A stretch of DNA of 32,000 nt from Acaryochloris marina S15 (GTDB lineage Bacteria; Cyanobacteriota; Cyanobacteriia; Thermosynechococcales; Thermosynechococcaceae): positions 3,900,001 to 3,932,000 of the forward strand of contig NZ_CP064923.1 of NCBI RefSeq assembly GCF_018336915.1. The letters are read 5' to 3'. The position numbers and the translations under genes were made by a program. This document shows, piece by piece, positions 23,460 to 32,000 of the stretch (the stretch's first letter is position 1; every line of letters begins with the position of its first letter). The notes below the pieces were generated by a model. The model saw only the letters and a list, made by a program, of their open reading frames with translations, ran no database searches and was not told the origin of the DNA.

Positions 23460-26400
23460 ATGTTCGAATCTAGCAATACGGCACCTCAGCTACAAACACA
23501 ACTAGCAGAACAATATCTAGCGTTGCCCCCCCTGGATCAGCAGATTGTCCAGCTGCTATCAGTGGCCTATGAGCCCATCAATCGCAGTACCATTCTCTCT
23601 TGTTTGAATCATCAAGCAGCTGCCGACTCAGATTATAAAAACTGGGATCCTAAACTGCTGAAGCAGCATCTTGAGGGTTTGCTTGAGCAAGGGGTTTTGC
23701 TGCAAGAACGAGGCCAGGGACCTCAGTGTCATCCCTTACTGGCTGAAATTGCAACCCGTGAAGTTGTCAATATGGGCAAGCTTGAAATTATTGCGCCCAT
23801 TATTCAAGATGTTGTGCCCGTTTATGCACCCTGGGGTTCAGGACCTCGAAGCTTTAGGAGTGAAGCACAGTTTCTACGGGAAGCTCGAATTGGTTTTTAT
23901 GGCCAGGATATTGACTTTTTCACAGAACAACTCAACGACTATGGCAAATTTAAACATCAGGACGCGTTATCTCTGGATGATGTCTTAACGATAATTTGCA
24001 ACAACCCCTTTGATGCAGAATGGATTCGAACCCTCTCCACTGAATGCTATGAACTAGCCCTGACCAGTATTCTGTCTAATAGCATTTTAAATTTATCCTC
24101 TTGTGAGGCGGTTTTTGAGGTACTGCAGGAAGACTGTGCAAACCAAAAGACTCCCTGTTCCGATTATTTGAAATTGGTCCTAGCGGAACAGTTATTATTA
24201 CGTAGCTATGTGGAAGAGGTTCCCTCGGTATTAGAGTCGTTTGATGAAACCAATCAGAATAGCGCTGCTGTCTACTGGGGCTGGTTAGCTTTTCTACAAG
24301 GTGATACGGCCCAGGCCATTGACCATTATTCCAACGCTCTAACTGGGTTACGGAAAACTAAACGTAAACGCAACTACTTCTTTACTGGTATTCCGGGGCT
24401 TTTCTTTATTTTGGCTCTGCTGCAAGAGGACTCACCAGAAAGATTGATACAGGCTCAAGGCTATGTCCAACACATGGTGCGTCAATCTGGCCACTGGTTA
24501 CGCACGACCTATACTTGGCTTGACAGCTTCATCCAAATTCAACAAGGGGATTTATCCACCCAAAAAACATTACTTCAGGCCTCTCTAGATCCCTATGAAG
24601 GGCTTCATAGCTTGGATATCTTGTTTGGGGCACTGTGCCAATATTGGGTTGATGGGGAACAGGCCCAAAAATGGTTGCCCAGTATTTTGCATCCTCTCTG
24701 TCGGCAAGCCACTCAGTCGGGGTACCACTGGTATGCCATGGAAATAGCGGAACTGTTAGCTCGCCTGGAAACCGAAGAGGCCGAAAACCCCTACCTAGAC
24801 CACGCTCAACTCCTGCGACAGGGGAGTGGTATTCAGCCTCTAGTTGATATTGTGAGATCACAAGAGCCTTGGGAGCTGTGTCTTAATGCCCTCGCACAGT
24901 TGCAACAGGAAACGACCGCCACTGTAAAACCAGAGCTTCGCTTGGCTTGGTGTATTACTCTTTATGGTCAAGATTGGTTACTGCAACCCAAAGAACAAAA
25001 AATGACGGCTAAAGGCGGTTGGAGTAAAGGACGTCCCATTGCCTTAAAACGGTTATACGGCAAACCAGGAGAATTCAACTATCTCACTGTTCAGGATTTA
25101 CGGGTTTGTAGCCAGATGGAAACCTACTCATCCTATGGCTCTTACGGCTATTACAACAAAACAGAATACCGATTTAGCGAGCAGGCAATTGTAGAACTAA
25201 TCGGTCACCCACTAATTTTTTGGGAAGACTCCCCCACCACTCGCGTTGAAGTGGTTAAGGGAGAACCTGAGCTACTGATCCAGAAGAAAAAAGGAGATAA
25301 GCTCACCCTCACCTTGTCTCCTGGGTTGAAGGCGAGCCAAACCCTTATTGTTGTCAAAGAAACGCCTACCCGCCTCAAGATTATTGATATTAAGCCGGAG
25401 CATCACCAAATTGCCAATATTCTGGGTGAGAAGAATCGACTCGTAGTTCCTGAGCAAGCCAGGGAACAGGTATTAGCGGCAATTGGTGCCGTTTCAAGCT
25501 TAGTAACGGTTCATTCAGATATTGGTGGCGGAGTCGCCAGTGCCACGGAAGTTCCAGCCCAAGCCCTACCTCATGTGCACTTGCTTCCAGCTGGAGAAGG
25601 GCTGAAGGTTGCAGTGTTGTCTCGTCCCTTCGCTGCAGGTGGCCCCTACTATCCTCCAGGAAGTGGTGGAGAAACGGTCATTGCTGAAATTAAGGGTCAA
25701 CGTTTACAGACAACGCGCAATCTCGTTGAAGAGCGGCAATTGGCCAAAGCAGCGATTGCGGCTTGTCCAACGTTAGCCAGTTTAACGCCGCAGGATCGGG
25801 AGTGGTTGGTGGAAGATCCAGAATCGTGCTTAGAGCTTCTGCTGGAGCTCCAGAATTTAGAGGAATCCATTGTACTGGAATGGCCCGAAGGCGAAAAATT
25901 AAGTATCAAGCATCGAGCTGATTTAGACCAACTACAGTTGCAGATCAAACGTCAGCGGGATTGGTTTGCAGCAACTGGAGAGTTAAAACTCTCCGATGAT
26001 TTAGTTCTGGATATGCAAGCCCTCTTGGCGTTGCTGGACCAAACGCCCAGTCGTTTTATCCCTATTGGTCAAGGGCAGTTTATTGCCTTGACTGAGGAGT
26101 TTCGTAAACGGCTAGACGAACTCCGGGCTTACTCTGAACAACAAGGTAAGGGGTTGCGGTTCCATCCTTTGACCACCATGGCTCTAGAGGAGATGGTGGA
26201 TGATGTGGGCAAGCTCAAGGTGGATAAGCACTGGAAAGCCCATATTCAGAAGCTGAAGGATGTTCAAACTTTACAACCCCAGTTGCCGTCTACCTTACAA
26301 GCAGAGCTGCGGGACTATCAACAAGACGGATTTGAGTGGTTAGCTCGACTGTCCCACTGGGGCGTAGGGGCTTGCCTAGCGGATGATATGGGTTTGGGAA

Positions 26401-27683
26401 AAACTTTGCAGGCCCTGGCTTTAATTTTGACCCGTGCCCCCCATGGACCAACGTTAGTGATTGCGCCGACCTCAGTAGGGATGAACTGGATCAGCGAAGC
26501 CCAGCGATTTGCGCCAACGCTAAGGCCACTACAGTTTGGCACAAGCCAGCGTCAGCAACTGCTTGATCAGCTTCAGCCTTTTGATCTGCTGGTCTGTAGT
26601 TATGGCTTATTGCAGCAGGAAGAAGTGGCACAAATGCTAGCCCAAGTGGAGTGGCAAACTATTGTCTTGGATGAGGCCCAAGCCATTAAAAATATGGCGA
26701 CAAAGCGTTCCCAAGCTGCAATGAACCTCCAAGCTGAGTTCAAACTTTTAACGACAGGAACGCCCATTGAAAATCATTTAGGGGAATTATGGAATTTATT
26801 CCGATTTATCAATCCTGGTCTTTTGGGCTCGTTGGAACGATTTAATCAGCGATTTGCGACGCCGATTGAAAAGTACCAGGATCACCAAGCCCGTCAACAA
26901 CTAAAGAAGCTTATTCAGCCTTTCTTGCTCCGACGCACCAAGAATCAAGTCTTAGAAGAGCTGCCCTCTCGGACTGAAATTACCTTACAAGTTGAGCTGA
27001 GCAAAGAAGAGATGGCCTTGTATGAAGCTCTGAGGCGGCAAGCGATCGCAAATCTGACGGATAGTGATGCCCAGGCTGGAGCAAAACATCTTCAAGTCCT
27101 AGCAGAAATCATGAAATTACGCCGTACCTGTTGTAATGCTCAGCTTGTGATGCCTGAAGCGCCTCCTGCCAGTGCAAAACTGCAGTTGTTTGGTGAAGTC
27201 CTAGCAGAGTTACTGGCGAATCACCATAAAGCCCTTGTGTTTAGCCAATTTGTGGATCACCTCAAGATTTTGCGGGCTTATTTGGACCAACAGCAGATTA
27301 CCTATCAGTACCTGGATGGCAGTACGCTTGCAAAGACTCGCCAGCAGCGAGTCAATGCTTTTCAGGCTGGAGAAGGTGAAGTCTTTCTTATTAGTCTGAA
27401 GGCGGGGGGAACCGGCCTGAACCTGACCGCTGCAGATTATGTCATTCACATGGATCCTTGGTGGAACCCTGCTGTGGAGGATCAAGCTTCAGATCGCGCC
27501 CATCGGATTGGTCAACGACGTCCCGTTACCATTTATCGGCTTGTTGCTAAAAACACGATTGAAGAGAAAATTGTAGACCTGCATCGGCATAAGCGTGACT
27601 TAGCGGATAGTTTGCTAGAGGGGACAGAAATCAGCGGTAAGATATCAACCGATGAACTACTGCGATTAATTCAGGCGGGGTAA
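23460..27683 (+). CDS. SNF2-family helicase/translocase (1407 aa) with a ~940-aa N-terminal region of unrecognised function
   Basis: C-terminal core: LRDYQQDGFEWL, LADDMGLGKTLQ (motif I), VLDEAQAIKN (II), LTTGTPIEN (III), ALVFSQF (IV), LKAGGTGLNLTAADYVIHMDPWWNP (V), QASDRAHRIGQ (VI). The N-terminal part probably corresponds to the bacterial SNF2-helicase-associated region. I prefer the ATG at 23460 over the TTG at 23454. Confidence 0.9.
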   Translation: MFESSNTAPQLQTQLAEQYLALPPLDQQIVQLLSVAYEPINRSTILSCLNHQAAADSDYKNWDPKLLKQHLEGLLEQGVLLQERGQGPQCHPLLAEIATREVVNMGKLEIIAPIIQDVVPVYAPWGSGPRSFRSEAQFLREARIGFYGQDIDFFTEQLNDYGKFKHQDALSLDDVLTIICNNPFDAEWIRTLSTECYELALTSILSNSILNLSSCEAVFEVLQEDCANQKTPCSDYLKLVLAEQLLLRSYVEEVPSVLESFDETNQNSAAVYWGWLAFLQGDTAQAIDHYSNALTGLRKTKRKRNYFFTGIPGLFFILALLQEDSPERLIQAQGYVQHMVRQSGHWLRTTYTWLDSFIQIQQGDLSTQKTLLQASLDPYEGLHSLDILFGALCQYWVDGEQAQKWLPSILHPLCRQATQSGYHWYAMEIAELLARLETEEAENPYLDHAQLLRQGSGIQPLVDIVRSQEPWELCLNALAQLQQETTATVKPELRLAWCITLYGQDWLLQPKEQKMTAKGGWSKGRPIALKRLYGKPGEFNYLTVQDLRVCSQMETYSSYGSYGYYNKTEYRFSEQAIVELIGHPLIFWEDSPTTRVEVVKGEPELLIQKKKGDKLTLTLSPGLKASQTLIVVKETPTRLKIIDIKPEHHQIANILGEKNRLVVPEQAREQVLAAIGAVSSLVTVHSDIGGGVASATEVPAQALPHVHLLPAGEGLKVAVLSRPFAAGGPYYPPGSGGETVIAEIKGQRLQTTRNLVEERQLAKAAIAACPTLASLTPQDREWLVEDPESCLELLLELQNLEESIVLEWPEGEKLSIKHRADLDQLQLQIKRQRDWFAATGELKLSDDLVLDMQALLALLDQTPSRFIPIGQGQFIALTEEFRKRLDELRAYSEQQGKGLRFHPLTTMALEEMVDDVGKLKVDKHWKAHIQKLKDVQTLQPQLPSTLQAELRDYQQDGFEWLARLSHWGVGACLADDMGLGKTLQALALILTRAPHGPTLVIAPTSVGMNWISEAQRFAPTLRPLQFGTSQRQQLLDQLQPFDLLVCSYGLLQQEEVAQMLAQVEWQTIVLDEAQAIKNMATKRSQAAMNLQAEFKLLTTGTPIENHLGELWNLFRFINPGLLGSLERFNQRFATPIEKYQDHQARQQLKKLIQPFLLRRTKNQVLEELPSRTEITLQVELSKEEMALYEALRRQAIANLTDSDAQAGAKHLQVLAEIMKLRRTCCNAQLVMPEAPPASAKLQLFGEVLAELLANHHKALVFSQFVDHLKILRAYLDQQQITYQYLDGSTLAKTRQQRVNAFQAGEGEVFLISLKAGGTGLNLTAADYVIHMDPWWNPAVEDQASDRAHRIGQRRPVTIYRLVAKNTIEEKIVDLHRHKRDLADSLLEGTEISGKISTDELLRLIQAG

Positions 27684-27985
27684 TCATTTACATCTGTGAA
27701 TAATTCAACTTACTGAAAGAATTAGTCTTTAAAATAAATAAACCAATAAAAATATTTCTTGCAATTGTTAATTTTTAGGTGTGATCCCCGTCACTGAACC
27801 GCCTTTATAGGGAAAACTAGGGTGGCTATACAAGCAACATAAGAACGTTTCATCAAAGAAAAATACTGCCTATTGGATCCGTCTGAATAACCATGGCAGA
27901 TACTACGCAAGATTTCCAGCACTGTTTTTGAGGTTGTGTCTATCAAATATTTCCTGTTGAGATCGTTGAACTGTAGGTGCCTTCT

Positions 27986-29401
27986 ATGATTACGGTAGGG
28001 CAGGGAATCGATAAGCCAGGAAATCGCGATTGCACTTCAGCCCCCCCAAAAGACCATAAACTCAGCTTTTGGCAGCTGTGGAATATGAGTTTTGGCTTTT
28101 TTGGTATTCAGTTTGGCTGGGGCCTGCAAATGGCCAACACCAGCAGTATTTTTGAACATTTGGGAGCCCGAGTCCACCAACTCCCCATGCTCTGGTTAGC
28201 CGCTCCCCTCACAGGGTTAATCGTACAGCCCATTATTGGGTATTTGAGTGACCATACCTGGGGACCTTTGGGACGGCGTCGGCCTTATTTTTTGGTGGGT
28301 GCGATCTCAGGTTCGGTAGCACTCATTTTGATGCCCAATGCTTCCAGTCTATGGATGGCGGTGGGATTACTGTGGATTCTGGATACCTCTGCCAATGTCA
28401 GCATGACGCCGTTTCGCTCTTTTGTTGGAGATCTGCTACCCGAAGAGCAACGCACTTTAGGATTTACGATTCAAGGTGTTTTTCACGGCTTAGCGGGGGT
28501 GATTGCGTCGGCTTTGCCATGGTTGCTGCACCATGTGTTTGGTGTGATTGAATCTCAAGAGAATTTTCATACTGTGCCCGTGGCCGTTAAGCTCTCCTTC
28601 TATATTGGGGCTTTTATCTTTCTGGGGGCAGTGGTTTGGACCGTTGTAACTACAACCGAACCTCTACCAGAAGAGTTTGAAGCGGCTCATTTGCAGGCGG
28701 TTCAGACTGATTCAAAAGGTATGGTATCGGATATTGGTATCGCTTTACGAGAGATGCCTGCAACGATGCGCCAACTGGCTTGGGTACAGTTCTGTAGCTG
28801 GTTTGGGATGTTTTGTGTGTTTTTATATTTCCCACCTGCGATCGCACATAATATCTTCGGTGCTACGTCAGAAGGCACCTTACTCTACAGCACAGGTATT
28901 GAATGGGCGGGATTATGCATTGCCATGTATAACGGCGTTTGCTGCCTTTTTTCCTTTATTCTGCCCAAATTAACCAAGCAGATCAGCCTTAAAAGAACCC
29001 ATTCCTTATGTCTCATGTGTGGCGCCTTGGGGCTTTGCTCCTTGTTATGGATTCATAACCAATATGTTCTGCTGCTACCCATGATTGGGGTAGGGATTGC
29101 TTGGGCTAGTATGCTCTCTTTGCCCTACGCAATGTTGGTCAACGCTTTACCGGCCAACAAAAGCGGTTTATACATGGGGATTTTCAACTTCTTCATCGTG
29201 TTACCAGAAATCGTTGCCGCCTTAGGTCTGGGATGGATGATGAGTCATATTTTTGCCGGAAATCGTCTAGCCGCCGTTGTCTTAGGTGGTGGGTTTATGA
29301 TGATTGCGGCCCTGCTGACCCAACGAGTGCAAACCAATCTAGAACCTCAGAACCCAGATTCAAGCCGTGAGACTTTTGAGAGCTTGGTTAGCATGCATTA
29401 A
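27986..29401 (+). CDS. MFS transporter, GPH/SLC45 (sucrose-H+ symporter-like) family
   Basis: FGIQFGWGLQMANTSSIFEHLG, LIVQPIIGYLSDHTWGPLGRRRPYFLVGA (the D..W...GRRRP motif of sucrose/SLC45-type carriers), about 12 TM segments. The ATG at 27986 has AGGTG 6 nt upstream; the track starts at GTG 27977. Confidence 0.8.
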   Translation: MITVGQGIDKPGNRDCTSAPPKDHKLSFWQLWNMSFGFFGIQFGWGLQMANTSSIFEHLGARVHQLPMLWLAAPLTGLIVQPIIGYLSDHTWGPLGRRRPYFLVGAISGSVALILMPNASSLWMAVGLLWILDTSANVSMTPFRSFVGDLLPEEQRTLGFTIQGVFHGLAGVIASALPWLLHHVFGVIESQENFHTVPVAVKLSFYIGAFIFLGAVVWTVVTTTEPLPEEFEAAHLQAVQTDSKGMVSDIGIALREMPATMRQLAWVQFCSWFGMFCVFLYFPPAIAHNIFGATSEGTLLYSTGIEWAGLCIAMYNGVCCLFSFILPKLTKQISLKRTHSLCLMCGALGLCSLLWIHNQYVLLLPMIGVGIAWASMLSLPYAMLVNALPANKSGLYMGIFNFFIVLPEIVAALGLGWMMSHIFAGNRLAAVVLGGGFMMIAALLTQRVQTNLEPQNPDSSRETFESLVSMH

Positions 29402-29584
29402 TGGCTGTTGAGCGGAACAGCGGCTAACAGAGTTGCGGGTTCAGACCCGTTACAATCCAACGGCAATACTGCTGAATCCAATGGACTAATATAGCTAGTT
29501 TGTTGAACTGGATACAGTGTTTGGCTTTGCCGATCTTTATGATGGCAACCATGGGCAATTTCACCTGACGTAGGGCTTTCAACC

Positions 29585-31075
29585 ATGGCTGACACATTGC
29601 TTCCTGGGGGTATCATTGCATTCCTCATAGCAACCCTAGGCATCGGCGTTTATGCTTCAAAACAAATTAAAGGAGACAGTGTCAATTTTTTAGTCGCGGG
29701 CCGAGGGCTGACCCTGCCGTTGGCAGCCGCTACATTAATGGCCCAATCCGTCGACTCAAATGCCACCCTTGGCAATACGGATCTGGCTTCAGAATTCGGA
29801 TTTTGGGCAGGAGCCTCACTACCGCTGGGGTTAGCACTATGTCTGTTCCTGACAGCTCTCTTTTTCGCAAAACCGATGAATCGGATGGGCTTAATCACGT
29901 TACCGGATTTCTATCGGGTGAAATATGGGCGGACCACCGAATGGGTAGCAGCAGTTCTGATGGTCGTTAGCTTCTCTTTTTTGCTAGCAGGCAATCTAGT
30001 TGCCGGGGGATATTTGTTCCAAACCTTTTTAGGCATGTCCTACACCATTGGCGTTATTTTGCTAGCGGTCATTGTTTTGATCTACACCGCGAGTGGCGGA
30101 TTATTTGCGGTTGCCTATACCGATGCCATTCAAGTATTGATTGCTCTAGTGGGTTCGCTATGCCTATTAGGTTATATTGGGCTAAATTTTGGCTTCAGTA
30201 TTCCCGCAGGTACAGGTCCCTTTGCCCTTGAACAGATGACTAGCCCTGCAGCAGGTTCCCTAGTCAATTGGGCAACGCTGCTAGCCCTGGGACTAGGAGA
30301 TATCGTTGCCATTGACTTCATGGCTCGAATCTTTTCTGCAGAAAGTCCTGAAACAGCTCAAAGAGCTTGCTTGATTGGCTCTTTAGGTACCGTAATTATT
30401 GGTGTCCCTTTCTCGATCATCGCTCTGTCTGCACCTGAGATTCTGGCAACGGCGGGGGTTACTGCTGAGGGTCCTATTCTTTATGCGTTGTTGCAGAATG
30501 TAGTGCCTTCATTTTTGGCATTATTAGTAATTGTGGCGATTTTATCGGCCTCTCTTTCAACCGCAGATGGGGCTATTTTAGGAACGTCCTCGGTGATTGC
30601 TCATAATATCCTCGGTATTCGCCATGATCAGCACAATGGTAGTGGTGATCGTCTTCTCGCCTTGACCCGCTCGATGGCGGTGGTCATTACTGCCATGGGG
30701 GTGTTTTTTGCACTGAAAGTTCCCCAAACGGGAGTGTTACTCCTGTTGGCCTTTGATCTGGGGTTTGCAGGGCTGCTGGTCCCTTTGGCAGGGGGTCTAT
30801 TTTATCCAAAAGCGACTAAAGAAGGTGCATTGGCCTGCATTATTGTGGGATCGTTGACTCGGCTTCTTCTATTTGCACTGATGCCTGTGACGTTTGGGAT
30901 TAAAAATACCCTTGTATACATACCCAATAGTATTTTTACTGCCGATTTTGATGGTATTCCCACTTTAATTAGCCCTTTGATTGGATTATGCCTATTTTTA
31001 GTAATTTCTAAGTTAACCTATCAACCCATGCCTATTGCTGAAAAGCCTGTTCGGCGCACTCTCCAGAAAATTTAA
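29585..31075 (+). CDS. Sodium:solute symporter family (SSF) transporter
   Basis: 496-aa polytopic protein with about 13 TM segments and SSF-like segments (FLVAGRGL, GGLFAVAYTDAIQ, SASLSTADGAILG). Substrate unknown. Confidence 0.8.
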   Translation: MADTLLPGGIIAFLIATLGIGVYASKQIKGDSVNFLVAGRGLTLPLAAATLMAQSVDSNATLGNTDLASEFGFWAGASLPLGLALCLFLTALFFAKPMNRMGLITLPDFYRVKYGRTTEWVAAVLMVVSFSFLLAGNLVAGGYLFQTFLGMSYTIGVILLAVIVLIYTASGGLFAVAYTDAIQVLIALVGSLCLLGYIGLNFGFSIPAGTGPFALEQMTSPAAGSLVNWATLLALGLGDIVAIDFMARIFSAESPETAQRACLIGSLGTVIIGVPFSIIALSAPEILATAGVTAEGPILYALLQNVVPSFLALLVIVAILSASLSTADGAILGTSSVIAHNILGIRHDQHNGSGDRLLALTRSMAVVITAMGVFFALKVPQTGVLLLLAFDLGFAGLLVPLAGGLFYPKATKEGALACIIVGSLTRLLLFALMPVTFGIKNTLVYIPNSIFTADFDGIPTLISPLIGLCLFLVISKLTYQPMPIAEKPVRRTLQKI

Positions 31076-31753
31076 CCCTTGTCTCTTCGTTTAGAACCGC
31101 TTGATGGACGATTGTTGGTTTAGTTCTACAGGGTTGTTGGTGCCGCAAAAAATCAATCGGCGCTTGAATGACTCGCCATATAAGAGATTTAGGCAGTCAG
31201 CTTGAGTGTAATAGCAATTGAGCCATACTTTATAAGCTGAAGCGATAATATAATTTGTCACTTCATCTGGAGCATTATTACTTATGAGAACAAGTGCCTA
31301 ATGTCTGCAGATATTATTCAGTAAGTATACGCAAGCTATCCATTAGCAAGAATTCATTATATAGCTTGGAAATAATAATAGAGATACATGAATAATACTA
31401 TTATTCCTTCTTTGCATGATTACTTATAATTAATCAGCGCTTAGATTTTTGAATTTATTGATATCAATACATGAGCTTGGAACCTATAAATAGAAAGCAT
31501 TATTCGGTATTTTATCTAATTTAATGTGATTATTTTTTTAATTATTAAAGTAATTTAATCCATTAAAGATATCAGGATAATTTTAGGGTTTGAGTAGATG
31601 TCTTGACTTCCGTATTTCTCATGATGTTCGTGCCTTGAATGTCAGTCATTATAAGGATATACAAGTTATACAGAAGTTCTACCACAGGCTTTTGTTGAAA
31701 AGACAACGGACTCTTTGATCCTACTCATCGCCCTAATCACAACAGAATTAAAA

Positions 31754-32000
31754 ATGAACACACCTCACATCGGTTTTTTAGCAGCTCTCATCACCTTTTC
31801 TATCGTTCCTGTTACGCCAGCAGAGGCAATACCCAGTCAGGCAAAAGAGATGGACCAGGCCCCTGTGACCACTGATGTATTGCCTACTGTGATCATGGAG
31901 AATACAACGTTCGTTACCACTGCCCCCACTGTAACAATGGCTCGTCAAGCCCCCACACCTGTAGTTGCCGAAGGCCCAAAGGAAGCACTTTCAACAGTGA
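31754..32000 (+). CDS. Secreted hypothetical protein, 5' part (runs off the window)
   Basis: ATG at 31754 opens a frame that stays open to the window end. The N-terminus MNTPHIGFLAALITFSIVPVTPAEA looks like a signal peptide and is followed by a Thr/Pro/Val-rich region. No clear Shine-Dalgarno. Confidence 0.4.
   Translation, partial: MNTPHIGFLAALITFSIVPVTPAEAIPSQAKEMDQAPVTTDVLPTVIMENTTFVTTAPTVTMARQAPTPVVAEGPKEALSTV

Noticed and set aside
23671-27485. Seven tracked internal or antisense ORFs within the SNF2 gene (e.g. 23671-23988, 24529-24861, 26318-26542, 27210-27485)
   Set aside because: They are nested in a 4.2-kb continuous frame with full helicase motifs and have no independent support.
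29398-29898. Minus-strand ORFs 29398-29643 and 29650-29898
   Set aside because: They overlap the MFS/SSF intergenic region and the SSF N-terminus in antisense, with no motifs. The small CGGGT-TCAG-ACCCG hairpin at about 29434-29447 has no U-tract, so I did not call it a terminator.
1-32000. CRISPR arrays, tRNA or rRNA genes, retron or group II intron signatures
   Set aside because: I saw no regularly spaced repeats, cloverleaf-type sequences (other than the tmRNA tRNA-like domain) or reverse-transcriptase motifs on either strand. This was a scan by eye and is not exhaustive.

Overview
This is a cyanobacterial chromosomal window. Supporting signs are at least six HIP1 octamers (GCGATCGC), photosystem-type genes, a FurA-like regulator and a one-piece tmRNA with an ANNIV... 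tag. I cannot assign a species from sequence alone.

Layout:
- 1-5.7 kb: candidate iron-stress cluster. It holds a divergent cytochrome b559-like psbE/psbF pair (the beta subunit has an extra C-terminal membrane segment), AT-rich Fur-box-like repeats, fur, three exported or membrane proteins of unknown function, a divergent CP43/IsiA/Pcb-family chlorophyll-binding protein, and a Pro/Glu-rich tail-anchored protein.
- 5.7-9.8 kb: housekeeping genes (histidine phosphatase, aroC, a 52-aa ORF with its own terminator, hrcA, rhodanese) plus an orphan HicB-like antitoxin.
- 9.86-10.25 kb: tmRNA (ssrA).
- 10.25-14.65 kb: accessory tract. About 1.3 kb has no ORF but carries two intrinsic terminators. 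It is followed by nested mobile DNA: an IS5-family transposase remnant, an apparently intact IS630-family element with an A_AAA_AAG -1 frameshift site, a 122-bp MITE with perfect 18-bp TIRs and a 9-bp TSD, and a 1486-bp ISKra4-like element with a 9-bp TSD and an in-frame TGA.
- 15-23.4 kb: an M23 peptidase with an N-terminal tandem MshEN-type (c-di-GMP receptor) motif, HU, cdsA, a partner-switching module (STAS, REC-PP2C, RsbW-like kinase) with no sigma factor, coaX, NUDIX, PrxQ/BCP, a small membrane ORF and a GNAT.
- 23.4-32 kb: a 1407-aa SNF2-family helicase, two solute transporters, an AT-rich spacer and the 5' part of a secreted-protein gene.

I saw no CRISPR array, tRNA or rRNA. The most interesting candidates are the Fur-associated alternative b559-like/IsiA-like cluster and the MshEN-M23 fusion. 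All functional statements rest on motif recognition by eye and need database or HMM confirmation.
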